From: Octopus vulgaris | Lineage: Eukaryota | Length of the DNA: 64,000 nt | Direction: 5' to 3' | NCBI GenBank assembly: GCA_951406725.2 | Contig: OX597824.1 | Coordinates: 24,242,001 to 24,306,000, forward strand | Part shown: one piece after another, positions 24,496-39,596 of the stretch | Layout of the letters: each line of letters begins with the position of its first letter | Position numbering within the stretch: the stretch's first letter is position 1 | Translations under genes and position numbers: made by a program | The notes under the pieces: generated by a model | Seen by the model: the letters and a program-made list of their open reading frames with translations, nothing else | What the model was told of the DNA's origin: nothing | Databases searched by the model: none

Positions 24496-24497
<2 letters not shown>
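24134..24497 (-). pseudogene. Upstream in-frame APE segment of the same ORF2, separated by one premature TGA (24176-24178)
   Basis: [28 protein letters not shown] (GDFN mutated); same reading frame as 21848-24133. Confidence 0.88.
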
Positions 24498-24559
<62 letters not shown>

Positions 24560-24639
24560 TATATATATTATATATATATACATATATATATATATATTAT
24601 ATATATTATATATATATATATATCATATTATATATATAT

Positions 24640-24678
<39 letters not shown>

Positions 24679-24728
24679 CATACATATATATTATATATAT
24701 AATATATATATGTATATAATATATATAT

Positions 24729-24761
<33 letters not shown>

Positions 24762-24762
24762 G

Positions 24763-24808
<46 letters not shown>

Positions 24809-24813
24809 TATAC

Positions 24814-24892
<79 letters not shown>
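24498..24892. repeat. (TA)n microsatellite, imperfect
   Basis: Direct reading. Confidence 0.95.
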
Positions 24893-24893
<1 letters not shown>

Positions 24894-25071
24894 TAAGTAA
24901 TTGAGGGTTTAGCAACGATTTGCCTCACCACACACCGAATTTAGAAATAGCAGTCAAAGAGTTATGGCTATTCTTTCTACTTAAAAGGGAGATCCCAGTA
25001 AAACCACAGCACTTAAAAGGCAAACAACGCAGGCAAAGAGAAAGAAATGACGACAATCATTCTATATTAAG

Positions 25072-25139
<68 letters not shown>

Positions 25140-25169
25140 GCATTTAGACAAACAGACAGACAGACAGAC

Positions 25170-25272
<103 letters not shown>

Positions 25273-25580
25273 TAGATATTGATTTAAAATGTAAGACGAT
25301 GGATTGAACAGTCTTTAATCTGAATCAAAACAACTGTGTTTGTGCATTACCAACAGCTGTTAGTTGGTCAGTGTTTCACATATGTATATGAAATAAATAT
25401 TATGCCCCCGCATGGCCACAGCTCAAGAGCTGAAAGTGGAAAACATAAACATAAACAATATGATCCAGAAATAGCTGTCTACTCGAACATCATCAGATGA
25501 GTGGATTTGGTAGCCGACAACCGAAAAGGTGCTTTGAAATACACGTTATAACGTTATTGCCCAGTGGGTATTAAATATAT

Positions 25581-25961
25581 GTATGCATGTATGTATGTAT
25601 GTATGTATGTATGTATGTATGTATGTATGTATGTATGTATGTATGTATGTATGTATGTATGTATGTATGTATGTATGTATTTATGTATGTATGTATGACT
25701 GTATGTATGAGTGCATTTATGTATGTATGTATATATGTATGTATGTATTTATGTATGCATATATGTATGTATGTATGCTTCTATGTATGTATGTATGTAT
25801 GTATGTATGTATGTATGTATGTATGTATGTATGTATATATGTGTGTATGTATGTATTTATGCATGTATGTATGTATGTATGTATGTATGTAATTATGTAT
25901 GTATGTATGTATGACTGTATGTATGAGTGCATTTATGTATGTATATATGTATGAATGTATT

Positions 25962-25993
<32 letters not shown>

Positions 25994-26522
25994 CATGTAT
26001 GTATGCATATATGTATGTATGTATGTATGCATGTATGTATGTATTTATGTATGCATATATGTATGTATGTATGTATGTATGGATGGATGGATGGATGGAT
26101 GGATATATGTATGCATGTATGTATGTATGTATGTATGTATGTATGTATGTATGCATGAATGTATGTATGTATGCATGTATGTATGTATGTATGTATGTAT
26201 GTATGCATGAATGTATGTATGTATGTATGTATGTATATATGTGTGTATGTATGTATTTATGCATGTATGTATGTATGTATTTATGTATGTATGTATATAT
26301 GTATGTATGTAATTATGTATGTATGTATGTATGACTGTATGTATGAGTGCATTTATGTATGTATGTATGTATATATGTATGAATGTATTTATATATGTAT
26401 GTATGTATGTATGTTTGTATTTATGTATGCATATATGTATGTATGTATGTATGCATGTATGTATGTATTTATGTATGCATATATGTATGTATGTATGTAT
26501 GTATGGATGGATGGATGGATGG

Positions 26523-26553
<31 letters not shown>

Positions 26554-26945
26554 CATGAATGTATGTATGTATGCATGTATGTATGTATGTATGTATGTAT
26601 GCATGAATGTATGTATGTATGTATGTATGTATGTATATATGTGTGTATGTATGTATTTATGCATGTATGTATGTATGTATTTATGTATGTATGTATATAT
26701 GTATGTATGTAATTATGTATGTATGTATGACTGTATGTATGAGTGCATTTATGTATGTATGTATATATGTATGAATGTATTTATATATGTATGTATGTAT
26801 GTATGTATGTTTGTATTTATGTATGCATATATGTATGTATGTATGCATGTATGTATGTATTTATGTATGTATGTATGTATTTATGTATGTATGTATGTAT
26901 TTATGTATGCATATATGTATGTATGTATGAATGTATGTATGTATG
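25581..26945 (+). repeat. (TATG)n compound satellite with higher-order periodicity
   Basis: Variant block TATGACTGTATGTATGAGTGCATTT recurs near 25694, 25910, 26330, 26726. Confidence 0.92.
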
Positions 26946-27249
26946 TGAATGTGTGCGTTTACATTTATATATATTCTTTTATTCCTTTACTTGTTTCAGT
27001 CATTTGACTGCAGCCATGCTGGAGCACCTCCTTTAGTCGAAGAAATCAAGCCCATGACTTATTCTTAGTAAACTTATTACTTATTTTATGGTTCTCTTTT
27101 GCCGAACCACAAAGTAACGGGGACATAAATACACCAACATCGGTTGTCAAGCGATGGTTGGGGACAATTAAAGCCACACAAATTATCACACATACATGCA
27201 TATGCTTGTGTACATATATAAATGTTACACACACACATATATATATATA

Positions 27250-27476
27250 TATTTCTTTACTACCCACAAGGGGCTAAACATAGAGGGGACAAACAAGGAC
27301 AGACAAAGGGATTAAGTCGATTACATCGACCCCAGTGCGTAACTGGTACTTATTTAATCGACCCCGAAAGGATGAAAGGCAAAGTCGACCTCGGCGGAAT
27401 TTGAACTCAGAACGTAGCGGCAGCCGAAATACCGCTTAGCATTTCGCCCGGTGTGCTAACGTTTCTGCCAGTTCGC
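27250..27476 (-). mobile_element. SINE family B
   Basis: Matches 6270-6500. Confidence 0.88.
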
Positions 27477-27477
27477 A

Positions 27478-27635
27478 GTTTGTGGTGAAAGAGTACAGCA
27501 GGGATCACCACCCCCTGCCGGAGCCTCGTGGAGCTTTTAAGTGTTTTTGCTCAATAAACACTCACAACGCCCGGTCTGGGAATCGAATTTTATTGATAGT
27601 CCGCTGCCCTAACCACTAGGCCATTGCACTTCCAC
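27478..27635 (-). mobile_element. SINE family C, 5' half only, fused to SINE B
   Basis: Head to CTCTTTCACCACAA. Confidence 0.8.
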
Positions 27636-28189
27636 ATATACATATATATATACACATATACATATATATTAGACCAAAGTGTACGTACGCCGCTATATTT
27701 TTTTATATATAAAAAAGTAAAAAAATGGGACAATATCTGGCCAGGCCCAAGGAAAAATTAAGCTAAGCATTAGATTCCTTGGAAGAAAGCAGTGAATGTA
27801 TGCAAATACAAGGACGGAGAGAAACGGAGAAATGTTACACAAATTATATTATATATTCGACGGGATTCGTTTAGTTTCTGCCCACCAAATCCACTCACAA
27901 GGCTTGGATCGGCCTTAGGCTGTAGTAGAAGGCACTTGCCCAAGGTGCCCCGCAGTGGGACTGAACCCGGAACCATGCAGTTGGGAAGTAAGCTTCTTAC
28001 CACACAGCTACTCCTACGTATATATATATACGGGCATATGAAATGAAATGAAATTTAGGAAACCAGACCCGTTTGTTGCATACACTTACTGTGTGTGTGT
28101 ATATATATATACATATATATATATATGTGTGTGTGTGTATGTATATATGTATGTATGTATGGATGTATATGTATATATAAATATGTGTG

Positions 28190-28241
<52 letters not shown>

Positions 28242-28249
28242 GTATATAA

Positions 28250-28450
28250 GAAGTGAGAATTTACAAACAAACAAAAAGACGAATACGGGTGTGTAAACAA
28301 CAAACAGATGTATTAGTTTAACGCTCGGGAAGTAAAAAAGTCTTTTACGTTTCGAGCCTACGCTCTTCAACAGAAAGGAACACAGAAATAAACAGGGAGA
28401 GAAAATAGAAAATAGAAAACTGTTTAGTGGCTAGCGATCTATCATGGCGA
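28250..28450 (-). mobile_element. Short (TA)n-embedded hammerhead-bearing element
   Basis: cttt-CTGTTGA-a-gagc gtag gctc-GAAAC-GTA-aaag at 28342-28377. Confidence 0.6.
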
Positions 28451-28955
28451 ATATATATACACACACATATATATATACATATATATATGCTATACATATT
28501 GTTGCACGCTTATGTTTGTGTTAGTGTGCGTGTGTGCCTGCGTGTGAGTGTGTGTCTGTCTGGAATGTGTACATAACAGATGGTGTTAGCTTCTTCTAAA
28601 TTATTTTGCATACTTATTTCTAAAAGTGAAATATTTCTGTTAGTAACAAATTTACAGATAAACATTGTGAGTTACTTGTTATTGTGTTTTACATATCTAA
28701 CGCTACTATCTTTCCTAGAATTAAGAATATATCATTAAACAGAACTACAGCAAGCTTTTATTATCAAGCCAACAAATGAGATTTTCGGAAGTGGTTTGCG
28801 CAGGTAGAAATAGCAACCAAATACCTTTCTAATGACACCCTTAAGTTCTTATAAAGAAAGAAGACGGCAATGGGTAATGCAGTCCTTGATTCACAGATTA
28901 AAAAGACGTAGGATTGCAGATGGAACCTTTTTTATTGATAGTCCTGTTTGACAAT

Positions 28956-29340
28956 GGATGGAAGCACTCGTCGGTTACGACGATGAGGGTTCCGGTTGAT
29001 CCGATCAACGGAACAGCCTGCTCGTGAAATTAACGTGTAAGTGGCTGAGCACTCCACAGACACGTGTACCCTTAACGTAGTTCTCGGGGATATTCAGCGT
29101 GACACAGAGAGTGACAAGGCCGGCCCTTTGAAATACAGGTACAACAGAAACAGGAAGTAAGAGTGAGAGAAAGTTGTGGTGAAAGAGTACAGCAGGGATC
29201 ACCACCATCCCTGCCGGAGCCTCGTGGAGCTTTAGGTGTTTTCGCTCAATAAACACTCACAACGCCCGGTCTGGGAATCGAAACCGCGATCCTACGACCG
29301 CGAGTCCGCTGCCCTAACCACTGGGCCATTGCGCCTCCAC
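28956..29340 (-). mobile_element. SINE family C with 11-bp TSD
   Basis: TSD TGTTTGACAAT at 28945-28955 and 29341-29351. Confidence 0.9.
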
Positions 29341-29403
29341 TGTTTGACAATAACTAACTTGTAGCTAACAAAATAACTATAACATCATCATCATCATCAT
29401 CAT

Positions 29404-29677
29404 CATCAACTCCTGGTCAATGCTGTTTCGAATCCTAGAATCATAGGGCCGCTTTCCCGATTTCCACGGCATATAGGTGACCGAGATCATATTCCCTACC
29501 CTTGATCGGTACGCCAGTCCGCTGCAGAATTATTAATTTACAGCTGAGTGAACTTAGAGCAACGTGAAATGAAGTGTTTTGCTCAAAAAAAAAAACAATC
29601 CACCGCCCGGTCTGGGAATTGAAATCACAATCATGTGACCGCAAGTACAACACCCTAACAACCAGGCCATACGCCTC
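29404..29677 (-). mobile_element. Diverged SINE family G (tRNA head, CORE-like and V-like domains, (ATG)n tail)
   Basis: GAGCAAAACACTTCATTTCACGTTGCTC and CTGCAGCGGACTGGCGTACCGATCAAGGG motifs; tail runs into (ATG)n. Confidence 0.65.
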
Positions 29678-29879
29678 TATCCTTACGGGATTCAATAAAT
29701 AAAGCACCAATCAAGATCTGGGTTTGAAATAAGCGACTAATCCATACCCCAAAATCAGTTAGTGATTATGTTGCCGTTGACGACAAAAAGCCGGACGAAA
29801 TGCCGTAAATTATGCCGTAGAAACCGGCAAAGCGGCCCTATGGTTCTAGGACTCGAGACATCATTGACCAGGAGTTGTT

Positions 29880-30469
<590 letters not shown>

Positions 30470-30736
30470 TAGTGGTATTGGCTGTAGTATTGGGGGTTGT
30501 TGGGAAAGGGAAAGGCGACCTCGGTGGAATTTGAACTCAGAACGAAATGACGGACGTAACGCCGCTAAACATTTTGCGCGAGGATTTCAAAGAATTATTG
30601 TTAGTTTAAGCAATCAGGGTTTTATTATTAAGGTAGATTTTTTTTTTATTTATTTATCAATGTTTTGCAGGTAACAGTGAACAGATAGGAGTGGTGCTAT
30701 CATCATCATCATCATCAACATTATCATCATCATTAC

Positions 30737-30783
<47 letters not shown>

Positions 30784-30912
30784 ACTTCTGGTCAATGATG
30801 TCTCGAGTCCTAGAACCATTTGCCGGTTTCTACGGCATAATTTACGGCATTTCGTCCGGCTTTATGTCGTCAACAGCAACATAATCACTAACAGCATCAA
30901 AATCCCCAGCAA

Positions 30913-30944
<32 letters not shown>

Positions 30945-31089
30945 GCTTGATCTTCACCACCATTCCACATCACCATGACAACCACAACCGCCACCACCAA
31001 TACCTCAAACAATAATGAGCACCATCAACACAACCATCATTATCATTATCATCATCAACATCATCATCATCATCATTGATTAAGTTTCG

Positions 31090-31670
31090 GGCGGCGAGCT
31101 GGCAGAAACGTTAGCACGCCGCTTAGCAGTATTTCGTCTGCCGCTACGTTCTGAGTTCAAATTCCGCAAGGGTCGACTTTGCCTTTCATCCTTTCGGGGT
31201 CGATTAAATAAGTACCAGTTAAGCACTGGGGTCGATATAATCGACTTAATCCGTTTGTGTCCTTGTTTGTCCTCTCTGTGTTTAGCCCCTTGTGGGTAGT
31301 AAAGAAATAAGTATTTCACCTGTGAGTTCAAATTCCGCCGTGGTCGACTTTGCCTTTCATCCTTTCGGGGTCAATAAATTAAGTACCAGTTACGCACTGA
31401 GATCGATCTAATCGACTTAATCCGTGTGTCTGTCCTTGTTTGTCTGCTCTATGTTTAGCCCCTTGTGGGTAGTAAAGAAATAGGTATTTTGTCTGCCGTT
31501 ACGTTCTGAGTTCAAATTCCGCCGAGGTCGACTTTGCCTTTCATCCTTTCGGGGTTGATTAAATAAGTACCAGTTACGCACTGGGGTCGATATAATCGAC
31601 TGAATCCGTTTGACTGTGCTTGTTTGTCCTCTCTCTCTCTGTGTAGCCCCTTGAGGGCAATAAAGAAATA
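31090..31670 (+). mobile_element. Three head-to-tail SINE family B units
   Basis: Tails ending AAAGAAATA near 31309, 31482, 31670; second and third units start at (A/G)GTATTT. Confidence 0.88.
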
Positions 31671-32027
31671 AGTTCAAGTCATCATTATAGATAAATCACC
31701 AACCATCATTACCATCTTTTGCATCATCATGAATATATCTTCAACTTTTAATGCATAAAGAGCACGACCACCACATCCGCCAAAAACACCGTCGCCAATG
31801 CGATTATCGCATTCATTATCATCAGTAGTAGCAACAACAGCAGCAGCAGCAACAACAACGCCAACATCATCATTAGCAGCAGAAGCAGCAGCGGCAGCAT
31901 GTTCATATTCATATTCCTATAAGTTCTCTACATGGTAAAAGAATTTCAACCATTCTGCATCGAAAGATACCTGCTAGAAGTCACACCACAGCCGCCTTCA
32001 CTACGCTCTCGCCTCACACCCTCTCTA

Positions 32028-32087
<60 letters not shown>

Positions 32088-32137
32088 TATTACCAAATCG
32101 CTTGCGCACTTATTCTCTCTTTATCGCTTACGCACTC

Positions 32138-32174
<37 letters not shown>

Positions 32175-32276
32175 CTATATTACTGAACCTTCAGATTTTC
32201 TTATGCTAGACCACTCGATGTGTGAAATCGATGTTAATTAAATTAGTATCTAATTTCTCACCCTCATTTTAAATAT

Positions 32277-32320
<44 letters not shown>

Positions 32321-32416
32321 GTATGTATTTTTAAGATAGATAGATAGATATACATACGTACATACATACATAATATATATATACATATATATATGCATGC
32401 ATACACACACGCACAC

Positions 32417-32486
<70 letters not shown>

Positions 32487-33095
32487 GAAGAGTAAAAAGA
32501 AACAAAGAAAATGCACACTAGGTATAAAAGTAACGGCTTTTACAAATAAAAACATAGACATCTGCATACAAATAAATGATTTGAGGTGGAATTAAGAAGT
32601 ATAAAAATTATTATCATGAGTTAATATAGAAAGTCATACCGGTTTCCACATCGCTGTTCACTGACTTTGAAGCAACACCAAATTCCAAGCGGTATTTTTT
32701 CATAATTCGTTGACGATTACAATGTCTGTTCTTCTTGTCCCTACCATTTGATCCCATTGAATGCAGAAACGAAATCGAAGACATTCCTTCAGTCTATTAT
32801 TTTTCTTCTATTCTTTTATTTGTTTCAGTCGACAAAACGTGTTCTGCGAGCAAATCATCTCAGTCATTTAAGAGAATTGAGAATGAATACAAACTCAAGA
32901 TCAAACACAACCAGCCGCTTCCCGCCCAACTCCATCGAACGACCGATTCTTTTTTTACTTTTTCTTCTGAAGTGTAGGAGCTTCAAACGTCGAAACTGCC
33001 AGCCGAGACCATTATATATATATAAATACATATGTACATGTACATTCACACATATGCATACATATAAGTATACACACTCACACATACATATATAC

Positions 33096-33155
<60 letters not shown>

Positions 33156-33266
33156 ATATATGTGTGTGTGTATGTATATATGTATGTATATATGTATTTA
33201 TGTATATATATATATATGTATATATGTATGTATGTATATATAAACGTGTGTGCGTGTGTGTGTTTA

Positions 33267-33306
<40 letters not shown>

Positions 33307-33708
33307 GGGTTTGCCAAAAGTCACCTGGGAGTAAACCAAAACCATTTAATTCCAAAATTTATTTATGTTTAACAAATGAATGATTTTAATAAAATCATCA
33401 AAATACGCAACGAAAATTTTAGGAAAATAAAAATTTAAAATAAGTGGAAATTTTGCCGGAGAGTGTCTTAAATTATAAGGCACAAAAAGAAAATTATTCT
33501 CCCCAGACACAACAAGAATATGCTTCAACACACGAACTTACATAAAAAAATCTTGCAAACCAAATCCAAAAACGAAATCTAAATATGAAGCATCATGAAA
33601 ATTGTTGAAACTGAAGTCCTTCTTGGGCGACACATTTTTCCATTCGAGTCAATACAGAAGTACAGTATTTATGGAATTTTGATCTACTGTTGTATGATTT
33701 ATGGCTGC

Positions 33709-33945
33709 ATGTATGTATGTATGTATGTATGTATGTATGTATGTATGTATGTATGTATGTATGTATGTATGTATGAATGTATGTATGTATGTATGTATGT
33801 ATGTATGTATGTATATATGTATGTATGTATGTATGCATGTATGTATGTGTGTATGTATGTATGTATGTATGCATGTATGTATGTATGTATGTATGTATGT
33901 ATGTATGTATGTATGTATATGTATGTATATATGTATGTATGTATG

Positions 33946-33979
<34 letters not shown>

Positions 33980-33995
33980 TGTATGTATGTATGTA
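33709..33995 (+). repeat. (TATG)n microsatellite
   Basis: Direct reading. Confidence 0.95.
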
Positions 33996-34029
33996 TTATG
34001 CATGTAATGTAGGTATGGTAAAATCAAAG

Positions 34030-34600
34030 TTGTATCCTCTAGAAACTCTGGGCGGAACAGGCCCAAAGCATTAAAAGCAATGTCAGAGGCAAGGAAGATG
34101 TTCCAGCAGGATCTGGTCGAGGAGGAACAAAAAACCAACATCCATAGCGTTTAAAGGCAATATTTGTGTGTTCTTGGGCCTTGTGCCTGGAGTAGAAAAG
34201 AGTATTTGTGTGTTCTAATGCTAAGGAAAGTAACTGGGAGTAAGTCATTGCAATAGCGTTGACGGTTCACCGCTGCCATAAGACAACCAGTTATTTCTTC
34301 ATCACGTATAAGTTTGGGAGCTGAATCAACGGAGAGTGATTAAAACTAGATGAAGTCTCGAAGCGGTATAAATGTGACTAAATATTATCAGCATAAGGGC
34401 ACGCAAGATCATGTCCTAGATGTTGTCTGGTCCCCTTACAGTGTGAGAAGTTAAGGGCCGAAACTCTGAACTGAGTGGAGTTTTTTTTCTACAAATCTTC
34501 TGCAGTTCAAATCTCTCCAGACATTTTTACCACTGAGAACAGTGATTTGGTGAGAGCTTGTGCCCTTTGTGGTCAGGGTGATCTTGAATATGTGGAGTTC
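34030..34600 (-). pseudogene. Possible highly decayed LINE RT fragment
   Basis: PYADNI (YADD-like) near 34385-34400; raised GC; otherwise fragmented. Confidence 0.25.
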
Positions 34601-34613
34601 TTTCATTGGCCCT

Positions 34614-34919
34614 GCGGAGGCACATGGCCCAGTGGTTAGAGCAGCGGACTCGCGGTCGAGGGATCGCGGGTTCGAATCTCAGTCCGGGCGATGTGTAGGT
34701 TTATGAGCAAAACACTTGAGCTGCACGCGGCTCCGGTAGAAGGTAATGGCGAACATCTGCTCACTCTTTCGCCACAACTTTTCTCTCACTCTTTCCTCCT
34801 GGATCTTGCAGCTCACATGCGACGGACCGGCGTCCCGTCCAGGTGGGGAACCTATACGCCAAGGAAGCTGGGAAACCGGCCCTAATGAGCCAGGCATGGC
34901 TCGAGAAGGAACAAACAAC
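34614..34919 (+). mobile_element. SINE family D (family C-like head, V-like domain, distinct tail) with 10-bp TSD
   Basis: GCGACGGACCGGCGTCCCGTCCAGG V-like motif; TSD TTCATTGGCC at 34602-34611 and 34920-34929. Confidence 0.85.
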
Positions 34920-35254
34920 TTCATTGGCCTTAGTTGGAAGTTCTCCAGTTTCCCATGTAACACGAACACTGCATTATAATTATGTCGTCATATTTTGTGT
35001 ACCATGCATACTTTTGTATCATTTCACCTTCCACTCGTTTCTCGTTATCATTTATGTAAACTCCCACGTATATTATAATCTGTCCTTGGTCATATCTCCC
35101 TCATCTAATTATCTCTCTAGCAAATAAGAGAAAGCACCAACACCATCACCGTCATCATCATCATTATCATCATCATCATTATCATCATCATCATTATCAT
35201 CATCATCATTATCATCACTATCATCATCATTGACATTATTATTAAAGCAGCGTA

Positions 35255-35900
35255 CTGGCAGAAACTTTAGCACGCCGGGCAAAATGCTTAACAGTATTTC
35301 GTCTGCCATTACGTTCTGAGTTCAAATTCAGCCGAGGTCGACTTTGCCTTTCATCCTTTCGGGGTCGATAAATTAAGTACCAGTTACGCACTGGAGTCGA
35401 TGTAATCGACTTAATCCGTTTGTCTGTCCTTGTTTGTCCTCTCTGTGTTTGGCCCCTTGTGGGTAGTAAAGAAAGAGGTACTTCGTCTGCCGTTACGTTC
35501 TGAGTTCAAATTCCTCCGATAAATTAAGTACCAGTTGAGTGTTGGGGGTCGATGTGATCGACTGGTCCCCCTCCCCATAAAAATCCAGGCCTTGTACCTA
35601 TAGTAGAAAGGATTATTATTATCATCATCATCATCACTATTATCATTATTATTATTATCATCATCATCATCATCATCATCATTATTATTATTATAATTAT
35701 TATTATTAGCTGGCAGAATTGTTAGCACACTGGACGAAATGCTAAGCGGTATTTCTCCCGTCGCAACGTTCTGATTTCAAATTCCGCCGCAGCTGACTTT
35801 GTCTTTCTTCCTATCGCGATGTACCAGTAAAACACTGGGGTCGATGTAATCGACTCATCCCCTTCCCCAACATTGCTGCCCTTGTAGAAAAATTTGAAGC

Positions 35901-35975
<75 letters not shown>

Positions 35976-36032
35976 TACTACTACTACTACTACTACTATT
36001 ATTATTATTATTATTATTATGATTATTATTAC

Positions 36033-36080
<48 letters not shown>

Positions 36081-36310
36081 CATTATTATGTAAAGAAGCG
36101 AGTTTCGTTTGCACGATCGTTAGCAAGCCGGGCAAAATGTTTAGCGGCATTTTATTCATCTTCATATTCAGAGTTCAAATGCCGCCAGGGTCGATCTTGC
36201 CTTTCATCATTTCGGGGTCGATAAAATAAGCACCAGTTGAATGCTGGGATCGATGTAATTGATTTACCTTCACCCTTAACTTGCTGGCCTTTTGCCCAAA
36301 TTTAAAACCA
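35255..36310 (+). mobile_element. Cluster of SINE B and older B' copies ((ATT)n-tailed variant) in (ATT)/(ATC) arrays
   Basis: B 35255-35473; B' remnants 35477-35612, 35708-35902, 36108-36310 each followed by ATT repeats. Confidence 0.8.
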
Positions 36311-36601
36311 TTATTAGTATTGTTGTTGTTATTAATATTGCAGTTGTTGTTGTCATTACAGCAGCACTCGGTTCTATAATTCATTATAGAAGCTAGAAAA
36401 TGAAACAGGTGGAGTAGGAACAAAGGATAAGTTCAGGAGAGAAGAATGAGAGGGCGGAGTATTTTGATGCATTAGTAGTATGAGTGGGAGGTGTGTAGAG
36501 AAGGAGATGATGCGAAGAGAGAAAGGGTGGAAAGAATGAGGACGAGAATTATAGTGTTGGGAAGATGAGAGATATGAAGAGACATATATGAGGTGGGGGC
36601 G

Positions 36602-36696
<95 letters not shown>

Positions 36697-36780
36697 TACA
36701 AATATATATATACATAGATAGATAGATAGATATAATATACATATACATATACATACAGACATACATACATACATACATAC

Positions 36781-36819
<39 letters not shown>

Positions 36820-37091
36820 ATACATCGCTTTAGTCTGGAACTGGTCTAATGACACTGGTCGAGAAATGGTTTTTGTAAATATTATGCTGAGTGGTAGATG
36901 TGGTGGCGGTGTTGGTGGTGGTGGTGGTGGTGTTGGTGGTGATGGTGGTGGTGCTGGTGGTGGTGGTGCTGGTGGTGGTGGTGGTGATGGTGGTGGTAGT
37001 GGTGGTGGTGGTGGTGGTGGTAGTGGCAGCTGTGGCGTTTGTAGTAACAGTTGTAGTAGTAGTAGTTGTTGTTGTTATTGTTGTTGTTGTT

Positions 37092-37145
<54 letters not shown>

Positions 37146-37446
37146 TTTATTAGACCAAAGTGTTTTTAGACCAAAGTGTTCAGATCAAAGTATGTTATTA
37201 GATCAAAGTGCTTTGGACCAAAGTACCTAGGCCTACGCACACGGACACGCACATACACACACATGCACAAACATATGCACACACCCAAACACATGCACAC
37301 ACCCAAACACATGCACACACACACACACACACACACACACAAGATCACAATGATACAAACACACACGCCTACACACACCCATGTGTATTATATATAACAT
37401 TTTATGTTTACGTTTTTGCTAATTATATATATTCATATATATATAT

Positions 37447-37493
<47 letters not shown>

Positions 37494-37747
37494 TACAGAG
37501 AGAGAGGAAGGACAGAGAAAGAGAGCGTGAAAGGAGAGGGAGTGAGAGTGGGAGGGGAGGAGGGAGAGGGAGAGACAAATTGAAACTTAGTTGCGTACCT
37601 TCATAACTATACCTAATTACGCGCACACACACACACACTCAGCACAACACACACAACTCACACACACACATACACACATTTATATATATGACATGCAAGT
37701 AGATGTTGCTTATACTCATATGTATTATATATATTCACCGACCGCCC

Positions 37748-37828
<81 letters not shown>

Positions 37829-38234
37829 CCTATCTGTCCATCTTTTTGATTTCTATAAGTCTTCTGATGTTCATTTTAATAACTTCATTTTGAATATTTT
37901 TAATGTTAAAGCTGGTTATTTGAGCCGCCCCCGCATCCGTCTTTTTTGTTGTTGCTTTGTTTTTATTTCGTATTAATCTATCTTTTGAACAGAACAACAA
38001 AACACAAAATGGCCGTAGCGCAATTTTCAATATTTTCAACCCTTTTCGTCACTTTTCGTCGGTTCATTGCTATATTTAACCGCATGTGTGTGTGTGTGTG
38101 TGTGTGTGTGTGGTAATTATCTCCTGAGCTCTCTTCTTTCAACCAGATGGCAGTACCCGTTTGTTTCCTGCTAAAAGGGTTAGAAACATCGGTGCGTGTC
38201 CATAGTAGATATATCTAGTATCTTTTACGTTGTA

Positions 38235-38751
38235 TTCATTTCAGTTCTTGGACTGCGGCCATACTGGGGCACCACCTTCAATGGTTTAGTCCAACAAAAC
38301 CAATGCAGTCCCCCACCCCCACCACCACTACCACCTTTTTTTGAGTCTGCTACTTGTTCCAAAGTTGGCTTTTTTTTTCTTTTTTCTTTTTACCGATACG
38401 CTAAGTTACGAGGACGTAAACAAAAAAGCACCGGTTTTAAACCCCCGCCCCCGCCACATTCACACACACAAACACGGAGAGCTTTTAAACTGTTTCCGTC
38501 TCCCAAATTCATTCACTGGGTTTTCGCCAGCCTGGGGCTATCACCGAAGACACTTGTCTTAGGTTTTGCGCCGTGGAATCGAACCAAAGACCACACAGTT
38601 GAGAAACAAATTTGTTATGCAACGGACTTCCACACATTTTCCTACAATTGTAAGAGAAAAAATACTTGCCCATGGTGAACCCATAGGGACTGAACCCGCA
38701 ACCTCTTGGTTACAAAGCTACTTTCTCAACCACACAGCCATGCTCGCGCCT
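38235..38751 (-). mobile_element. Old diverged SINE family A copies
   Basis: Recognisable tail, CTAAGTTACG and head motifs with many substitutions. Confidence 0.6.
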
Positions 38752-38793
38752 ATGGTTATTTACATAGTTTTCAAGAGTGCTTTTTATTTAATT

Positions 38794-39182
38794 GTGGAAG
38801 CACACCGTCGGTTACGACGATGAGGGTTCCGGTTGATCCGAATTAACGGAACAGCCTGCTCGTGAAATTCACGTGTAAGTGGCTGAGCACTCCACAGATA
38901 CGTGTACCCTTAACGTAGTTCTCGGGGATATTCAGCGTGACACAGAGAGTGACAAAGCCGGCCCCTTGAAATACAGGTACAACAGAAACAGGAAGTAAGA
39001 GTGAGAGAAAGTTGCGGTGAAAGAGTACAGCAGGGATCACCACCATCCCCTGCCGGAACCTCGTGGAGCTTTTTAGGTGTTTTCGCTCAATAAACACTCA
39101 CAACGCCCGGTCTGGGAATCGAAACCGCGATCCTATGACCGCGAGTCCGCTGCCCTAAACCACTGGGCCATTGCGCCTCCAC
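38794..39182 (-). mobile_element. SINE family C, full length
   Basis: Matches 28956-29340; TATTTAATT on both sides. Confidence 0.9.
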
Positions 39183-39416
39183 TTCTATTTAATTATTAGT
39201 GACAACGTTAAACACGTAAAGCTGGCAGAGTCGTTACCGTGCCGAGCAAAATGCTTTATATTCTGTGTTCAAATACCGCCCGGGCCGATTTTGCATTTCA
39301 TCTTTACGGGGCCGATAAAATAAATACCTGTTGAACAATGAGGTCGATGTAACTGACTTACCCACTTCCCCCAATAGCTGGCCTTATGCCAAAATTTCAA
39401 AACACTATTTCTGACA

Positions 39417-39596
39417 GTGGAGGCGCAATGGCCCAGTGGTTAGGGCAGCGGTCTCGCGGTCATAAGATCGCGGTTTCGATTCCCAGACCGGGCGTTGTGA
39501 GTGTTTATTGAGCGAAAACACCTAAAGCTCCACGAGGCACCGGCAGGGGATGGTGGTGAACCCTGCTGTACTCTTTCACCACAACTTTCTCTCACT
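39417..39596 (+). mobile_element. SINE family C, 5' half
   Basis: Head to CAACTTTCTCTCACT. Confidence 0.85.

Larger units (their letters stand above)
21772..24497 (-). mobile_element. CR1-group LINE, 5'-truncated, (TAAC)n tail
   Basis: APE + RT ORF2, short 3' UTR, much higher GC than flanks, flanked by (TA)n. Confidence 0.93.
26976..28018 (-). mobile_element. SINE family A split by nested insertions (tail 26976-27170, head 27858-28018)
   Basis: Both halves match family A in the same orientation; SINE B and part of SINE C lie between. Confidence 0.7.
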
